Assembly: GCF_006345805.1 (NCBI RefSeq)
Contig: NC_042999.1
Span: 153,760,001 to 153,824,000, forward strand
Length of the DNA stretch: 64,000 nucleotides
Reading direction: 5' to 3'
DNA from: Octopus sinensis
Lineage: Eukaryota
The position numbers and the translations under genes are program-made. The notes below the pieces were generated by a model. The model was not told where the DNA came from. It worked only from the letters and a program-made list of their open reading frames with translations, and made no database searches. Shown here in pieces: positions 25,184 through 38,445 of the stretch; within the stretch, counting starts at the first letter, position 1, and every line of letters begins with the position of its first letter.

Positions 25184-26034
25184 CAAGGTGGCACCAATAA
25201 GTTCCTGGACTAGTTCTGTAGTGCGCCAACAGATGGCGGCACACGGTTGCATGCACCGTGGGAGCTGACACTGACCTTCATGAGGCAGTGTGCCGAGTGA
25301 CATCACTGTGTTTACTTCGCAAGTTGTGAAATTTGTGTTTTTGGGATCATGTGTATGCAATTTTGTCATGGGCAGAAACAAAGAGCCAACATGAAATTTT
25401 GCGTTAAACTTGAGAAGTCTGCTACAGAGACATCGAGCAAGCTTTGGCAAGCTTACGGCGATGAGGCAGTGGGTCGTACGCAATATTTTGAGCGGGGCAG
25501 GCGCTTCAAAAGCGATAGAGCGTCTCTGGAAGACTTACAACGAGCGTCAATCCCGGAAATGTGGTATAATGCATCGAGAATTTGTCTCTGAGAGCCCGAC
25601 CGTCAACCGAGAATTCTACTGCAACGTTTTGAAGCGTTTGAGGGAGGAGATTCAGCGAAAGCGACCGGATCTTTGAAATGCCAAGAATTGGATTCTTCCC
25701 GATGACAATGCACCCTGTCACCAAGCTCTCCTCACTCGTGAGTTTCTCACCCAAAACAACATGGCATCTCTTCTGCACCCAGCCTACTCACCCGATGTAG
25801 CACCTCTGGACTATAATCTCATCCCCAATATGAAAATACAGCTCAGAGGTCGCCGTTGTCAAGATCTAGAGCGAATTGCAGAAAGTCCTCGACTCATTTG
25901 TGGCAGGAATATTGGTAGTGGTGTATTGCTGCGCAAGGTGACTACTTCGAAGGAGTTGATGTTAAAACTCAGGTGAATAAGTTATTTTTTTTTAGTAAAC
26001 ATAACTAGTCTAGGAACCATTTGATACCATTTCA
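25184..26034 (+). mobile_element. Internally deleted mariner (Tc1/mariner) element
   Basis: Degenerate TIRs caaggtggcaccaataagttcctggactagtt / aactagtctaggaaccatttgataccatttca with TA flanks. Relic translation QRANMKFCVKLEKSATET..., FYCNVLKRLRE.IQRKRPDL, DDNAPCH, HPAYSPDVAP. Confidence 0.9.
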
Positions 26035-26297
26035 TACATATTTCCTATACGATGTTTTACAGGTAATTTATATTCTACAGACGGTGCGTAGCTTCACATA
26101 AATTTATGTTAATGTATACAAGTTAGAAATCAATATTTAAGAAATATTTCTATGACCGACAGCCAAATGTTATCTTCAGTAAATATGTTAGTTTGTTTCT
26201 ACCGTGTTAATTTAACAAATTTGACATTTGAATTTAAAGTTCAAATTATTGCCGTAATATAAATTACTATTTTCTCTCCATCAATACAAGAGGGAAA

Positions 26298-26338
26298 TTA
26301 TATATATATATTATATATATATATAATATATATAATAC

Positions 26339-26369
<31 letters not shown>

Positions 26370-26389
26370 CATATATATATATATTATAC

Positions 26390-26420
<31 letters not shown>

Positions 26421-26423
26421 CAT

Positions 26424-26488
<65 letters not shown>

Positions 26489-26568
26489 CAATATATATAT
26501 ATACATATATATATATACATACATATATATATATACATATATATATATATAATACATATATATATATA

Positions 26569-26605
<37 letters not shown>

Positions 26606-26719
26606 CATATATATATATAATATACATACATATATATATATACATACATATATATATATACATACATATATATATATATATAATATACATACATATATAT
26701 ACATACAATATATATATAT

Positions 26720-26760
<41 letters not shown>

Positions 26761-26787
26761 TATATATATACACACATATATATATAT

Positions 26788-26830
<43 letters not shown>

Positions 26831-26839
26831 TATATATAT

Positions 26840-26884
<45 letters not shown>

Positions 26885-26895
26885 ATATATATATA
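26298..26895. repeat. About 600-bp compound (TA)/(CA) microsatellite
   Basis: Visible directly; the source of several spurious long ORFs. Confidence 0.95.
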
Positions 26896-27194
26896 CAGGT
26901 TATTCAAAAAGAATGAACCGATTTCATTGCACAATATTTTTTTCAGTTTCCGTCTATCAAATCCACTCATGGCTTTGGTGGGCTCGAGGCTATAGAGAAA
27001 GACACTTGCCCAAAGTTTCATGCAGTGGTACTGAATCCAGAGCCAACTGGTTGAGAAACAAGCTTCTTTCCACACATGGTGAAAAGCAAGAAACAATACG
27101 ATGGCATCTATTCATTCTTAATATATTCCGGTGGATTCGAACATGCTAATCGCTGGTGTGTTTTGTCATTGGGTAATAATTTCTTTGAGATAAA

Positions 27195-27592
27195 TCTTTA
27201 TATATAAAAGTGAGGTTGTGTGCTGTCTGTCTCCTACGATTTAGATTCCTAACTACTTCCACATTTTGCGGTGCAGTTTAACCAAAACCGGGTATCTTAT
27301 AGTCGTGATTCATATCGAGCCCTTCTGGGTATTAGCGCGCTTCTACGATGAGTCTACGATTAAAAAAAAAATTTACCATCAATTTTTCCCATTTTTAATG
27401 CATTTTTGGCATATATAAGGGAAGTAACTATCTAAAAATTAATTATTAAATCTCAGAACGTAAAAAGCTACAGTAAACCCCCCCCCCTTTGTGGTTAGCC
27501 ATATTGAAATGGTTATTATACTTTATATCTCTAAAAATGCTTATATAGTTATTTTCCTTACAAACCCGAGCAACGCCGGGCGATACTGCTAG
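27195..27592 (+). mobile_element. Solo non-autonomous Helitron, body type 1
   Basis: A|TCTTTATATATAAAAG ... GCTAG|T; same family as 11870-12263 but with an unrelated downstream flank. Confidence 0.88.
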
Positions 27593-30500
27593 TGTATATA
27601 TAAAACACTCGTTTTATTGAGATAGGAGGACTTCGGGACATCCGGTGTCTCGATCTTGGTTTGTTTCTTCAAAGTTACCCCAAGGCTAATAAATCTAATG
27701 TTTGTAGCTGTTGTTTATAATTTCAGCAGACAAAATTATTTACCGATGTACGCTGATATCCGCCTGCTAATAGTAAACCATGTGCACAGTGAACAGTGAG
27801 AATCAAGACGATGGCATATTCGTTCTTGATACGTTCTGGCAAATTCGAACGATAAAATTCTAATCGCTGATGTGGAGAGTAAATTTTTCTTTAAGACGAA
27901 TGTGTGTTTATAACACAATTGATTCATTGCAGTAAGAGGACTCTGAGACATCTGCTGTTTCGACCATGTATCTCGTTAGCCAGCACTACGCCCCACACGT
28001 CGCTTGAACACAGTTGTTGGTGTATTTACGTCCATGTAACTTAGCGGTTCGGCAAAAGGAACCGACAGAATAAGTATATGCCTAAAATAAGTACTGGGGT
28101 TGGTTCACTCGAATACTCAAGGTGGTGCCCCAGCATGCCCCCACAGTCTAATGACTGAAACAAGTTTAAAATAGTTACAATATAAAAAACAAAAATAACG
28201 AAAACAAAGAATTATTTTTTTTAAAAACAAAATTTTATTCAAATAATCTGAATATGAAATTTGGACCTAAGCCCAAAAGTATCTACATATCTTGATGATT
28301 TCTATATTTTATACAAAAAGAAAGTTCTGCGTTTCTCTATGGATGAAAGTTAGTAGAGAATTTTAGCGTCCCAAAACAGGCTACAGATTAAGAAAGAAAG
28401 AAAATTACTAAGTTGACCAATCATTGAATACGGTTTCTTCGTTCTATACTTATAAAATTATGGACATCTAGTTCATTTATTGAATTTTTTAATATTTTTT
28501 AATTATATTTCAAGAAAAACGTTCTAAGATCTGAGTAAAATGAAGGTTTCAAAATTGGCATCATTTAGAATGCATCTTTGAGGAAAAAGAAAATTGTTAT
28601 TACAATACAGTATTATAACAGGCTGAAAGAGAGAGATTTTAGAGAGGAAACTTTGATTTTCTTTATAGATTCACATAAAACTATTTCATATTCAATTCTT
28701 GTTCAAGACTGATACCATTATACCTCTAACGTAACGCTTTTAAGATGTAAACCTGCCGTGTTTAAAGAAAAAAAAATACTTCTTAGAACTACTATTGTTA
28801 TCAATTAAATCAAAACAACCCCCCAAATCCCGAAAAAACATCAAAATGAGCCCCCTGAACAAATTTTGAATAAAGAATCCATATTTCTAATGTTAATAAT
28901 TAGAAATATTAATTATGCTGTCTAAAGTCATTTGACAAGCAAGCGTCTTAGTGAAAGGTTAATTATTTCTCTATATACAGGTATGTCATTTACCTTTTGA
29001 CCCCAAATATTGGGAGTCAACAGATAAGAAGCACTGGAAAGGAATTTAATGTTTCTTTTCCCCAAAATTGTTAAATATCACAAGGAACCTTACCCACAAT
29101 CTTAAGGGGAGAGAGGGGAAGATTCTTTTACTCATTAAGGTACAATACCCTAGAATAATATAATACTCGTTTCAAACTTAGGAAAAATGTCACAGATTCT
29201 TAAAGGAGGGAACTATCAAATGAACTCCAGTGTATAACTGGTATGTTACTTTATCAATCATAGAAGTGTTAATGACAAAGTGATCTCAACAGGATCCAAA
29301 CGCAGAACGTAGAGACATACCTAAATACAAGATATTTTGTCGTGTACCATTTCTTGATTTGATCCTTATTATATTTGTACTTCTCCAGCGTCCTTCCCCA
29401 GCCCCTAACCCCAATGAAAGATAGGAACAATGTGATAAAAAAAATTAATCAAATTTTAATTTTTACGATTCACTGAGTAGTAAAAAGAATTCGAACTGTA
29501 TGACCAAATCTGAATTTTACCAATTTTTTTCCTAGATTATTCTCTCTAAAACACTACTATAGAGGCAAAGAATATATATTTGCAAGAGTGTATATGTATG
29601 TACGTGTGTTCAATATAAAATTATTAGCGACAGAAGCAGTTTCAATACCAAAAGGTAATATTTATGCCACTTAGAAGTGGATGTGGCATTAAAACACGGA
29701 ATACTGCGTTATTTGCCACGCTTCGAGCGTCTACCATTGACGAGGCCAAAGAAGGTCGAAATCACGTGATATGGTAGTCCCAGTGGCGATGGCAAAGCAT
29801 TACCTCCCGCTAACTATACAAACAACAGTGCTTATATGCACTACAAGTCCATATGAAACGTTTTCTCTTGGTAAATAACGCAGTATCCAGTGTTCTAACA
29901 AAACATTCACTTTTAAGTGGGGATAAATACACACACATCACATGGTTCACGAAGCAAATATTTGTTAGTAGGCCCTCATCAAAACAGTTAAGAAGAATAA
30001 TTAAAATAATTAAGAAGTACAAACGATTAGCTATTATGTACTTGAGTTCCTCAGCAAAAATTTGTGTAGAGAGGGGATAGAAATACTCGTTAAAAACCCG
30101 TAACATTGTATCTCAGACTAAGGTAAAGTTTAGAACTTAAGAAATAAAGAATTATCCAGTTATTTTCTAGTGTGATGAGTGCTGTATCATAATGATAATA
30201 ATAGTTAGTTTGAAGCCAATCAGATAAAGCCACTCGTTGCTGTACATGGTCGTGTTTCACACAAGCAACTTAATAGCATTATATATCGAGATGGTAAAAA
30301 AATATGGAAGATAGAGGTGATTAGTAAGTGCTCAAAGGTTAGAGATAAAGACTTAATTACTTCAGGTCTTCGATGAAAATGAAAGAGCATAAGCCCTTCC
30401 TATAACAAGCTGAATAAGATTTTAAGATTTAAGATGTTTTTATACTTAGAAGAGTTTTTGGGTGGAAAACAAAAAAGAATAAATTCCATATAATTTGGAA

Positions 30501-31249
30501 TATTCTGAATAATAGAAAATATTTAATGTTTAGAAAAGAAAATCTTAACTCAGATTATCATCACAATTGTTTAACTGTAATTAACGTTAGGGGTGTTTGT
30601 AGATACAGCATACCACGTGAGTACTGTCTCGAGGCCATGGAGTGTGACTGAGATCATAGCATTCCTCCGGAACGGGACGCCAGTCCGTTGCGGGTAACTC
30701 ACAACTGAGTGGACTGGAGCAACGTGAAATGAAATGTTTTACTCAAGAACACAACGTACCGCCAAGCTAGGGACTCGAACCTACAAACTTCCGATCGTGA
30801 GTACAACACCCTTACTACTAGGCTAAACACCTTCCGATGGACATGCAATAACCTTGGAAGTCGTAGGGACAGCAGGGTAGGATTTTAAAAAAACCCAATT
30901 AGGTCCGTACTGAAAGTTTTGCTTCTTTTAATTATTTAACTGAAGGGATCACATACCGTAATCTAAATATTATTATAAAATGAAATTGTAACTGATACGT
31001 AAGTTATAAATTTTTTTCAAATAGCACAAATTCAGAACCTGTCCAATATATATATAATCCAAAAGATGCACTGGAAGGTGCGACTAGTTGCCAAAGGTTT
31101 GGGCACGTTAAATAATTTCACATTTCACTTGAGTTCGGCGAGTTTCAGAAATCCAGATATGTGAGTGTACCACGTCTGCACACCATAAAGAAAAGGAATC
31201 GAGAAAACCTAATCAGTATTTATGGCTTATATAAAGCACACGTGTTTCA

Positions 31250-31620
31250 AAAAGCTGCCGCTATAATTTACTCAATTCAAAAGGCTTTGTTACACAAATG
31301 CACTGGCACACTTAAGCATTTATGGCAAAAGTACAACACAAAGAATGATGCAGGTCCATGTATATACTAGCATGCAAATAAATAGTTAGGTTATCATAAA
31401 AGAAGGAAGCGAGATGGTAAAAAAGCATGTGTGAGTAGAGCAACAGAATGGAGGCTCTTACTTCCTTCACCATCGACTCCATTTCTCTTTTGACAACCTG
31501 ATTACTTATTTGCATACAGGCGAATGTAAAGGCCAGCAAATTTGTGTTGTACTTTTACCAATAATACCGACGAAGTGTGCTGGCTGCATTAGTTGCAAAA
31601 CAAGAATCTTTAGGCTTGAA
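31250..31620. repeat. Old degenerate foldback element centred near 31440
   Basis: tttgtgttgtacttttaccaat and gacaacctgattacttatttgcat on the plus strand match tttgtgttgtacttttgccat and gataacctaactatttatttgcat on the minus strand. Confidence 0.65.
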
Positions 31621-33011
31621 TAATTTATGGTGACCGGTTTTCTGAAACATGTGTACATTATATGAAACAAATATCAATTATGTTTAGTGTTCCTTTATAT
31701 AGTTAACTTGTGTGAGTAAAACAGTGAATTTGGAAGCACCTCTTATTAAATCAACAAATCCTATCCAATAATCACAGAATTAGAGAATATTTCAGAACAT
31801 TATTATTGAAATGTGTACAATGTGTGTGTATTGTAATATGTGTGTGTGTATGGAAGGTAGAAACTTTGAATAAAGTATCTAACACCAACTTAAGATTATA
31901 GTTGAAATTTTGAAATAATACACTGAATAGTTGGGAAACTTGTTTAACCTAAACACATGTTCCTATGTACATACAAACCAGTTTTCTCGAAGCATTGCTG
32001 GATATATAGAAAATAGAGTGCTTATAGAAAGAAGCTTTTTGCAACGGCCGTATAGTTGGAACATTAAACACCAAATAATAATATTAACAAAGATTTTGAA
32101 GAGTTACTTTAGAAATATTTAATTAGAATTGATATTTCAAGTAAAATACTCCTCTTCAAAAGGAGATTTTTTTAAATTTGAAAAAGGTAATTTTTATCCA
32201 AAGCATTAGGACTAACAAAATGTCTTCAAGTAACAGTTAAATATCTTTGTTATCACTGATAATTAATGCTCCAACAAGATTGCCGGTCTTCCATAACAAT
32301 TCTAAATGTGTGTCTGTTTCGTTTCTTAATATGTTTATTATAAACAGAATGAATGCATGTATTAACATAAAACTAGATATAGTTCCAATGAATCTAAGCA
32401 TTTATCTTTTATTTCTGAGGGAAAAATAAAGACCCATAAACAATAACAGTATCATAGCAGGAAGTAATGTTTACCAGTACTAAAAAAGGCCAGTCCATAA
32501 CCCCTGCTTAAAATAAATTTGGCTAGTCAACAACTATAGTTCAAACCAAAATAGTCCAAGTCTGAACACCAGTTTGCTGTTAACAAGACAATACACAGTT
32601 ACTGTATAAGCCAAAAAAGCAGGATACATTTTTTGTTTATAGAGAAGGAAAAAAAAAACAAAAACAGAAAGATACAAATGGGATGTAACATTTTCTAAAA
32701 GATGTAAGAGCAGGTTGTAACTTCAGCTAATCACAAAAATAGACTGTAGAGCTTGTAATATGTAAGAGAGTTCTGTTAGAAGCTAAGCAGGATGGGCTGT
32801 ATAGATTCCTCAAAATAGGACAAGATCTGTCTTACACAAATGTTAATAAAAGAGACATGAAAATGCTAAAAGTTTAGTGACAAGAGTAACTAAATCAATG
32901 CTCAATAGCATTAGTAAATATCAACTAAACTAGCTTTTTATGTGAATGAGCATTCTGAAAGAGTGTTCAGAAATAAAATTCGATTCACATCATAAAAGAA
33001 AGTACAAAGAT

Positions 33012-33463
33012 TATATATATATAAGAGAAAAAGAGATTACAAAGCTAAGGCTGTGAGGAGTTTTCAGGACATTTGTAGGGAAAGAGATATAGACTTACAG
33101 CTGTTTCTGGGATATTATGGATATCCCTTCATCAGAGACAATGCGAGAGGGTAAAATAGAGGTAAATGTTTGAGTTCAAAATAAGGAATTATGGAAAAGG
33201 TGATAGGGAATATAGAGGCAAATAAGAGAATGAAAGTAGAAATATTTCTACATTTATTCCCCTATTTTCCTCAATATTCCCTATCTCCTCCTTTTCCATA
33301 ATAATTCCTTATTTTGAACTCAAACATTTACCCCTCTCACATCGTCTCTGATGAAGGGATATCCATAATGTCCCAGAAACAGCTGTAAGACTCTTTCCTT
33401 ATAAATGTCCTGAAAACTCATCATAGTCTTGTTTTTGTTATCTCTTTTTGTTTAATATATATA
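33012..33463. mobile_element. Foldback (Penelope-like) element with hammerhead-like cores in both arms
   Basis: Arms of about 225 bp are reverse complements around the central palindrome gtagaaatatttctac. CTGATGA...GAAACAGCTGTA lies at 33344-33391 (+) and 33092-33139 (-). Confidence 0.75.
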
Positions 33464-34599
33464 CATGCTAATACAAGACCCACATTAAATTCCTCACTCA
33501 TATCACTATCGAACCAAGAGTTTAACTAGTCTGTTCATAGCACTTACTTAGCATTACTGGCCACTCTTTGGGTTTTCTAGATACCAATACCTTAGAGAGA
33601 TGCTTACAATTAAAAAAATGTTGGTTTGGTTAATTCATATTTATGCTTTTGATTTTCACTGCCATTACATTACTTGGTATTTCTAAGACTTATGTCAATT
33701 TGAATCTGTTACACAGTAAAGAAGGAATGCTAAAAATAGAAAATGGCATAAAACAGAGGGAAACTGAAAGTGATCCAGCAGTGCTCTCAAAGCCACTCAC
33801 TTGATGACGTGTGAGTACAAAACTGCTGCTGGATCATATAGTAATAGTATGATAAAATGAGCAACAACCACCCATTACCAATGCACAGAAACAATTGCTG
33901 TGATTAGTGATTAAAGCCTGTTCATCCCATCACCTTGTTTTACAAATTTATATATATATATATATATATATACATAGTTTACAGTTGTGTTAAGGTAAGA
34001 TCAGCAAAAAAATTCTCCATACAGTGAGACCAATATCAGCTAATGTACACAGTATGAAGACACAAGCTATTGATAGTTTCTTACCTTGAAGACATAGGTC
34101 TAGGCAATTTTTATAACACTCCTTATGTCATCAAAGTAAGAATCTGTTAGTAGCCTGTATCTTTATACTGTCTACATTGAATGATATATACAAACACATA
34201 CATATATACACACATTGTTTTTGCATTAGTTTATTTGTTATGAAAATAACTAAAATTCTCAATTTACCTTTGCCATACACACATGTAGTGTCCAGACAAT
34301 CATATGGTTGAATGCACAAAAATCTTAAAGTATTACATTTGACACACACAGTTTTTCTTCTGAAATGAATGAAGGGTTTGTCTCACAACTTGAGTTTCAA
34401 GCTACTATGATCTTTAGGTAAGTTCTCACCTGAAGATTGCACTGGCATGAAACTAGAGCCACAAGACAAACCCATATCTTCCACAATGTGTACTGAGCAC
34501 TCTTCTCTCAATCTTCTAATGTAAACTGTGTGTGCATGTGTATGTACTTCTGGTAAGTCAACAAGGAAACAAAGATAAATTGTTTATGCTCTAAAATGC

Positions 34600-36066
34600 T
34601 TCCTGTTTAAATAATCACTGGAAAAGTCAGTCTAGAAATTAAGTCACATTAAGATGGAGAATTTGATAGATAAACAGGGACATAGGGAGATAGAGAATGA
34701 GAGACGGGCAAAGAATATGTAAAAACTGTGAACCATGAAAAGAAATTCCTATATCTGCCTCTTGGATTACCTTTCACTGAGAAAGTTTATTTTTATGAAA
34801 TCCTTGATTACGGAAGTATAGAAGTCAGCCTCAAAACTAACAATGAAAAAAAAAAAAGAGGGGAAAAAAACAAAAACAAAAGGAAAAACTGTACAGAACT
34901 CAACCTCTAGGAATATATTGTCTAAAAAGGGAATGATGGGAGGAAGTCTAATTGATAGCAGTTAAAACCCTGGATAATATGTGTGTGGCCAATCTGGAGT
35001 AACAATAATAAAAAAAAAGGACAAAAGTACAAAATTGTTAGTGCTACCACTTGTGGTGTATCTATGAAAGAAGGATATTAGAAATATAAGTCTACTTATA
35101 TATAGATCATAATAAACTCTACATGATAGCTACTTTATGTATACGTATACTGTGTATATGTGTGTTATGGTGGTATGTATGTATGTAGAAAATGTAGTCT
35201 GTTAGAATATTAGAGTCAAATATGTCTAGTTTTAAACTTTATTTTACTGTGTGGACTTCTGTAAAATTGAGAAAAAAAATGATATGTTTCCACAGTAAAT
35301 ATTGTGTAAATATAATGTCATTTCATATTACAATTAATTTTTTTCTTTCATCAGCATCACTATCATCATCATGATATAACTTTCATTTAGTTTTTTTTTA
35401 TACATTTTCTTTTTTGTATAAGGGTGGGTGAATTAGTGGAAATAGGGAGGGACTGGGAGGGTGTTACTTGCGATTAAGATTCATAGAGAGTCGTTGGTTA
35501 GTTGGTATCTAGGGATTATATAACAGCAGTGATAACATAGCTTTTTAAAAAAAATTTTTTTTCTCTCTTTTGCTATGCAGATCAAAGCCTTAAAATTGAT
35601 TTCAAGATTTCAATAGCTGAAACAGCTGCCAGTGATCTGGTAGTAACAATAGTTTTAGAAGAATGGTAAAAAAAAACAAACAAAAAAAAAAACAACAACA
35701 AAAAACAAAAAAAATTCCATGAATATTACATTCAAGCAAGAAGGGGATAAGGCAGAAAGAATTTAAATAGTGTTAAAAAAAAAGGGAATAAGTAGAAGAC
35801 CCACAAGTTAGGGGAGCAGGATGCAAAAGGATGTGTAAATCAAAATGTAAACGAGAGATTGATTCTTGGTCTTGATTGCAATGAGCTGATTAAAGAAACT
35901 ATTAAAATATGTACACACACACACCAATGCATTATATATATATATATTTTAAATGTAGCCTTTTCTAACATTGAGATGGATTAACAACATTTTTAAGTAG
36001 AACACTTGAAAATTGTGAGTTTTCACATGCAACCAATGATAGCATATGTAATCTACAAATAAAAAA

Positions 36067-36111
<45 letters not shown>

Positions 36112-36232
36112 GTATACAACTTATAAACAAGAGCAAAAGAAAAAAATAAGTTGTTTATAATTTAACCTTTAAAGGTATTTTTTAATATGCTGGCCATTGA
36201 TAGAATTTTTTTTGAAAAATTTTATCCTATAT

Positions 36233-36266
<34 letters not shown>

Positions 36267-37134
36267 AATGTTGTGTATTTGAACTACAAAGTGTGTCAGT
36301 GTATACCTATAACACAAATTAGTAGAATGATGAAGCAGTAAAATAAAGGGGTGGGGACCTCGTAATGTTAAAGAAGAAAAAAAATAAAAAAACTACAGCA
36401 AAAGCCACCAAAATATTTCTTTCCAGTTCAACAACAGTTGCAGATGGATACTTTAGCAGAAGACAACTGAATGTTGGTGGATAAGAATTGTAAGTGAAAA
36501 ACCTTCTAACAAAACAAAAATAGAAGAGAAAAACGAAAATGAAAATACATACATTTGAAGAAATTTAGAGTAGAAAAGAGAGGAAATATTGTAAATAAAA
36601 CCATTAAAAAAGGAAAAGAAAAAAAAAACGCTATATTTTTTTAATATTTTCATTGGAATTTTCAGATTAATGATGAATAGATTGGGACCAGGTTTTGTTT
36701 GTTCATCCTACAGTCTCATTGTTTTGCTTTGTTTTTATATTTTCTCTCACATGAGGGACTTTTCTGGATTCTTTCTTTCCAATTATTTTTTGGGGTTTTT
36801 TTTCCCGCTTTTTTATTTTGTTTCGTTTCATTTCCAGAATAGAGAAATATATGCTCATTTTGATTTTTGAATTCAAGAAAAATGGAATGGGATGGGCGTG
36901 GGTGGCGAGAGAGAACCAGAGGGATTTGGTAATATTGAGGGGGGAGTTAGGAAGAAGAAAAAGAAGAAATTTGTGCAAAGAACAAAAAAAAGAGAAGGAA
37001 GAAGAAGAAGATATGCTGTGTATCAGAGTAGAAACAATTTTCCCAGTTTAATCACTGGCGCTAGATAAGAATGAGTTGTCTGTCTTGAATAAATTTCTGG
37101 TAGATTTCATTCTGTTGGATTGATTGTAGTGTCA
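34600..37134 (-). other. Probable long 3' UTR of the AHCYL gene (distal end undetermined)
   Basis: Follows the stop codon and is U-rich on the minus strand. It lacks the SINEs that litter the introns. AATAAA candidates on the minus strand lie at about 35238, 34786 and 34230 (and 32408). The true end cannot be fixed from sequence. Confidence 0.5.
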
Positions 37135-37141
37135 TCAATAC
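37135..37141 (-). CDS. AHCYL1: AHCYL1/2 terminal exon, coding part (G TAT TGA, completing R-Y-stop)
   Basis: Strong acceptor gatttctgctttgtttattgtag|G TAT TGA. Joining CG|G TAT TGA gives the family-typical C-terminus FKPNYYRY*. A long SINE-free stretch follows. Confidence 0.8.
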
Positions 37142-37414
37142 CTACAATAAACAAAGCAGAAATCGTTTAAAATATAGACAACAACAATACGAACAACAAT
37201 AACATTTCTAACTTTGGCATAAATATAGTCAAGTTAACATCTCCCAAGTACATGACTGATATTTAACGACAATTTTTCTAACATTGATACAAGAGGGAGG
37301 GAGATGGGAACAATCAGTTATGTTCACCCAATACATGACTGGTATCTATTTTATAGACCACATTAATAATAGTAAATTATTGATAACAATAATAATCCTT
37401 TCTACTATAAGCAC

Positions 37415-38013
37415 AAGGCGGCAAGCTGGTAGAAACGTTAGTGTGCCGGGCAAAATGCTTAGCGGTATTTCGTCTGTTGGTACGTTCTGAGTTCAAATTC
37501 CACTGAGGTCGACTTTGCCTTTCATCCTCTCAGGGTCGATAAATAAAGTGCCGGTTTCGCACTGGGGTCGATGTAATCGACTTAATCCCTTTGTCTGTCC
37601 TGGTTTGTCCCCTCTATGTTTAGCCCCTTGTGGGTAGTAAAGAAATAAGTATTTCGTTTGCCGTTACGTTCTGAGTTCAAATTCTGTTGAGGTCGACTTT
37701 GCCTTTCATCCTTTCGGGGTCAATAAATAAAGTGAGAGTTTCACACTGGGTCAATGTAATCGACTTAATCCCTTTGTCTGTCCTGGTTTGTCCCCTCTAT
37801 GTTTAGCCCCTTGTGGGTAGTAAAGAAATAAGTATTTCGTTTGCCGTTACGTTCTGAGTTCCAATTCTGTTGAGGTCGACTTTGCCTTTCATCCTTTCGG
37901 GGTCAATAAATAAAGTGAGAGTTTCACACTGGGTCAATGTAATCGACTTAATCCCTTTGTCTGTCCTTGTTTGTCCCCTCTATGTTTAGCCCCTTGTGGG
38001 TAGTAAAGAAATA
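37415..38013 (+). mobile_element. Three-unit SINE-A array bounded by a 14-bp direct repeat (TSD)
   Basis: 183-bp period; tataagcacaaggc at 37406-37419 and 38014-38027; the host is an inverted A'-type SINE tail. Confidence 0.88.
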
Positions 38014-38019
38014 TATAAG

Positions 38020-38445
38020 CACAAGGCTTGAAATTTTGGGTGAGGGGATAAGTCGATTACATCGACCCCAGTGTTTCACTGGTATTTAATTTATCGATCC
38101 TGAAAGGATGAAAGACAAGTGGAATTTGAACTCAGAACATGATGACGGGCGAAATACCAATGAGCATTTCGTCCAGCATGCTAAAGGTTCTACCAACTCT
38201 TCATCTTCACCGTCATAATAATAATAATCCTTTCTACTGGAAGCACAAGGCCTCAAATTTGGAGAAGGGATTACGTCAATTACATTAACCCCAGTGCGTA
38301 ACTGGTACTAATTTTATCAATCCCAAAAGGATGAAAGGCAAAGTTGACCTCGGCAGAATTTGAACTCAGAACGTATCGGTAGATGAAATACTGCTAAGCA
38401 TTTCGCCCGGCGTGCTAATGTTTCTGCCAGCTCACCACCTTAATG
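38020..38445 (-). mobile_element. Two inverted SINE-A (A' tail) copies
   Basis: Reverse-complement matches to the SINE-A body and head (gaatttgaactcagaac...gtttctgccagctcaccacctt). Confidence 0.8.

Noticed and set aside
31390-31650. Apparent exons: minus-strand VVKREMESMVKE and KTGHHKLF...RRYYW*, and plus-strand Cys-rich GECKGQQICVV...
   Set aside because: The region is a degenerate inverted repeat whose halves mirror each other, and no frame matches a protein family I recognise.
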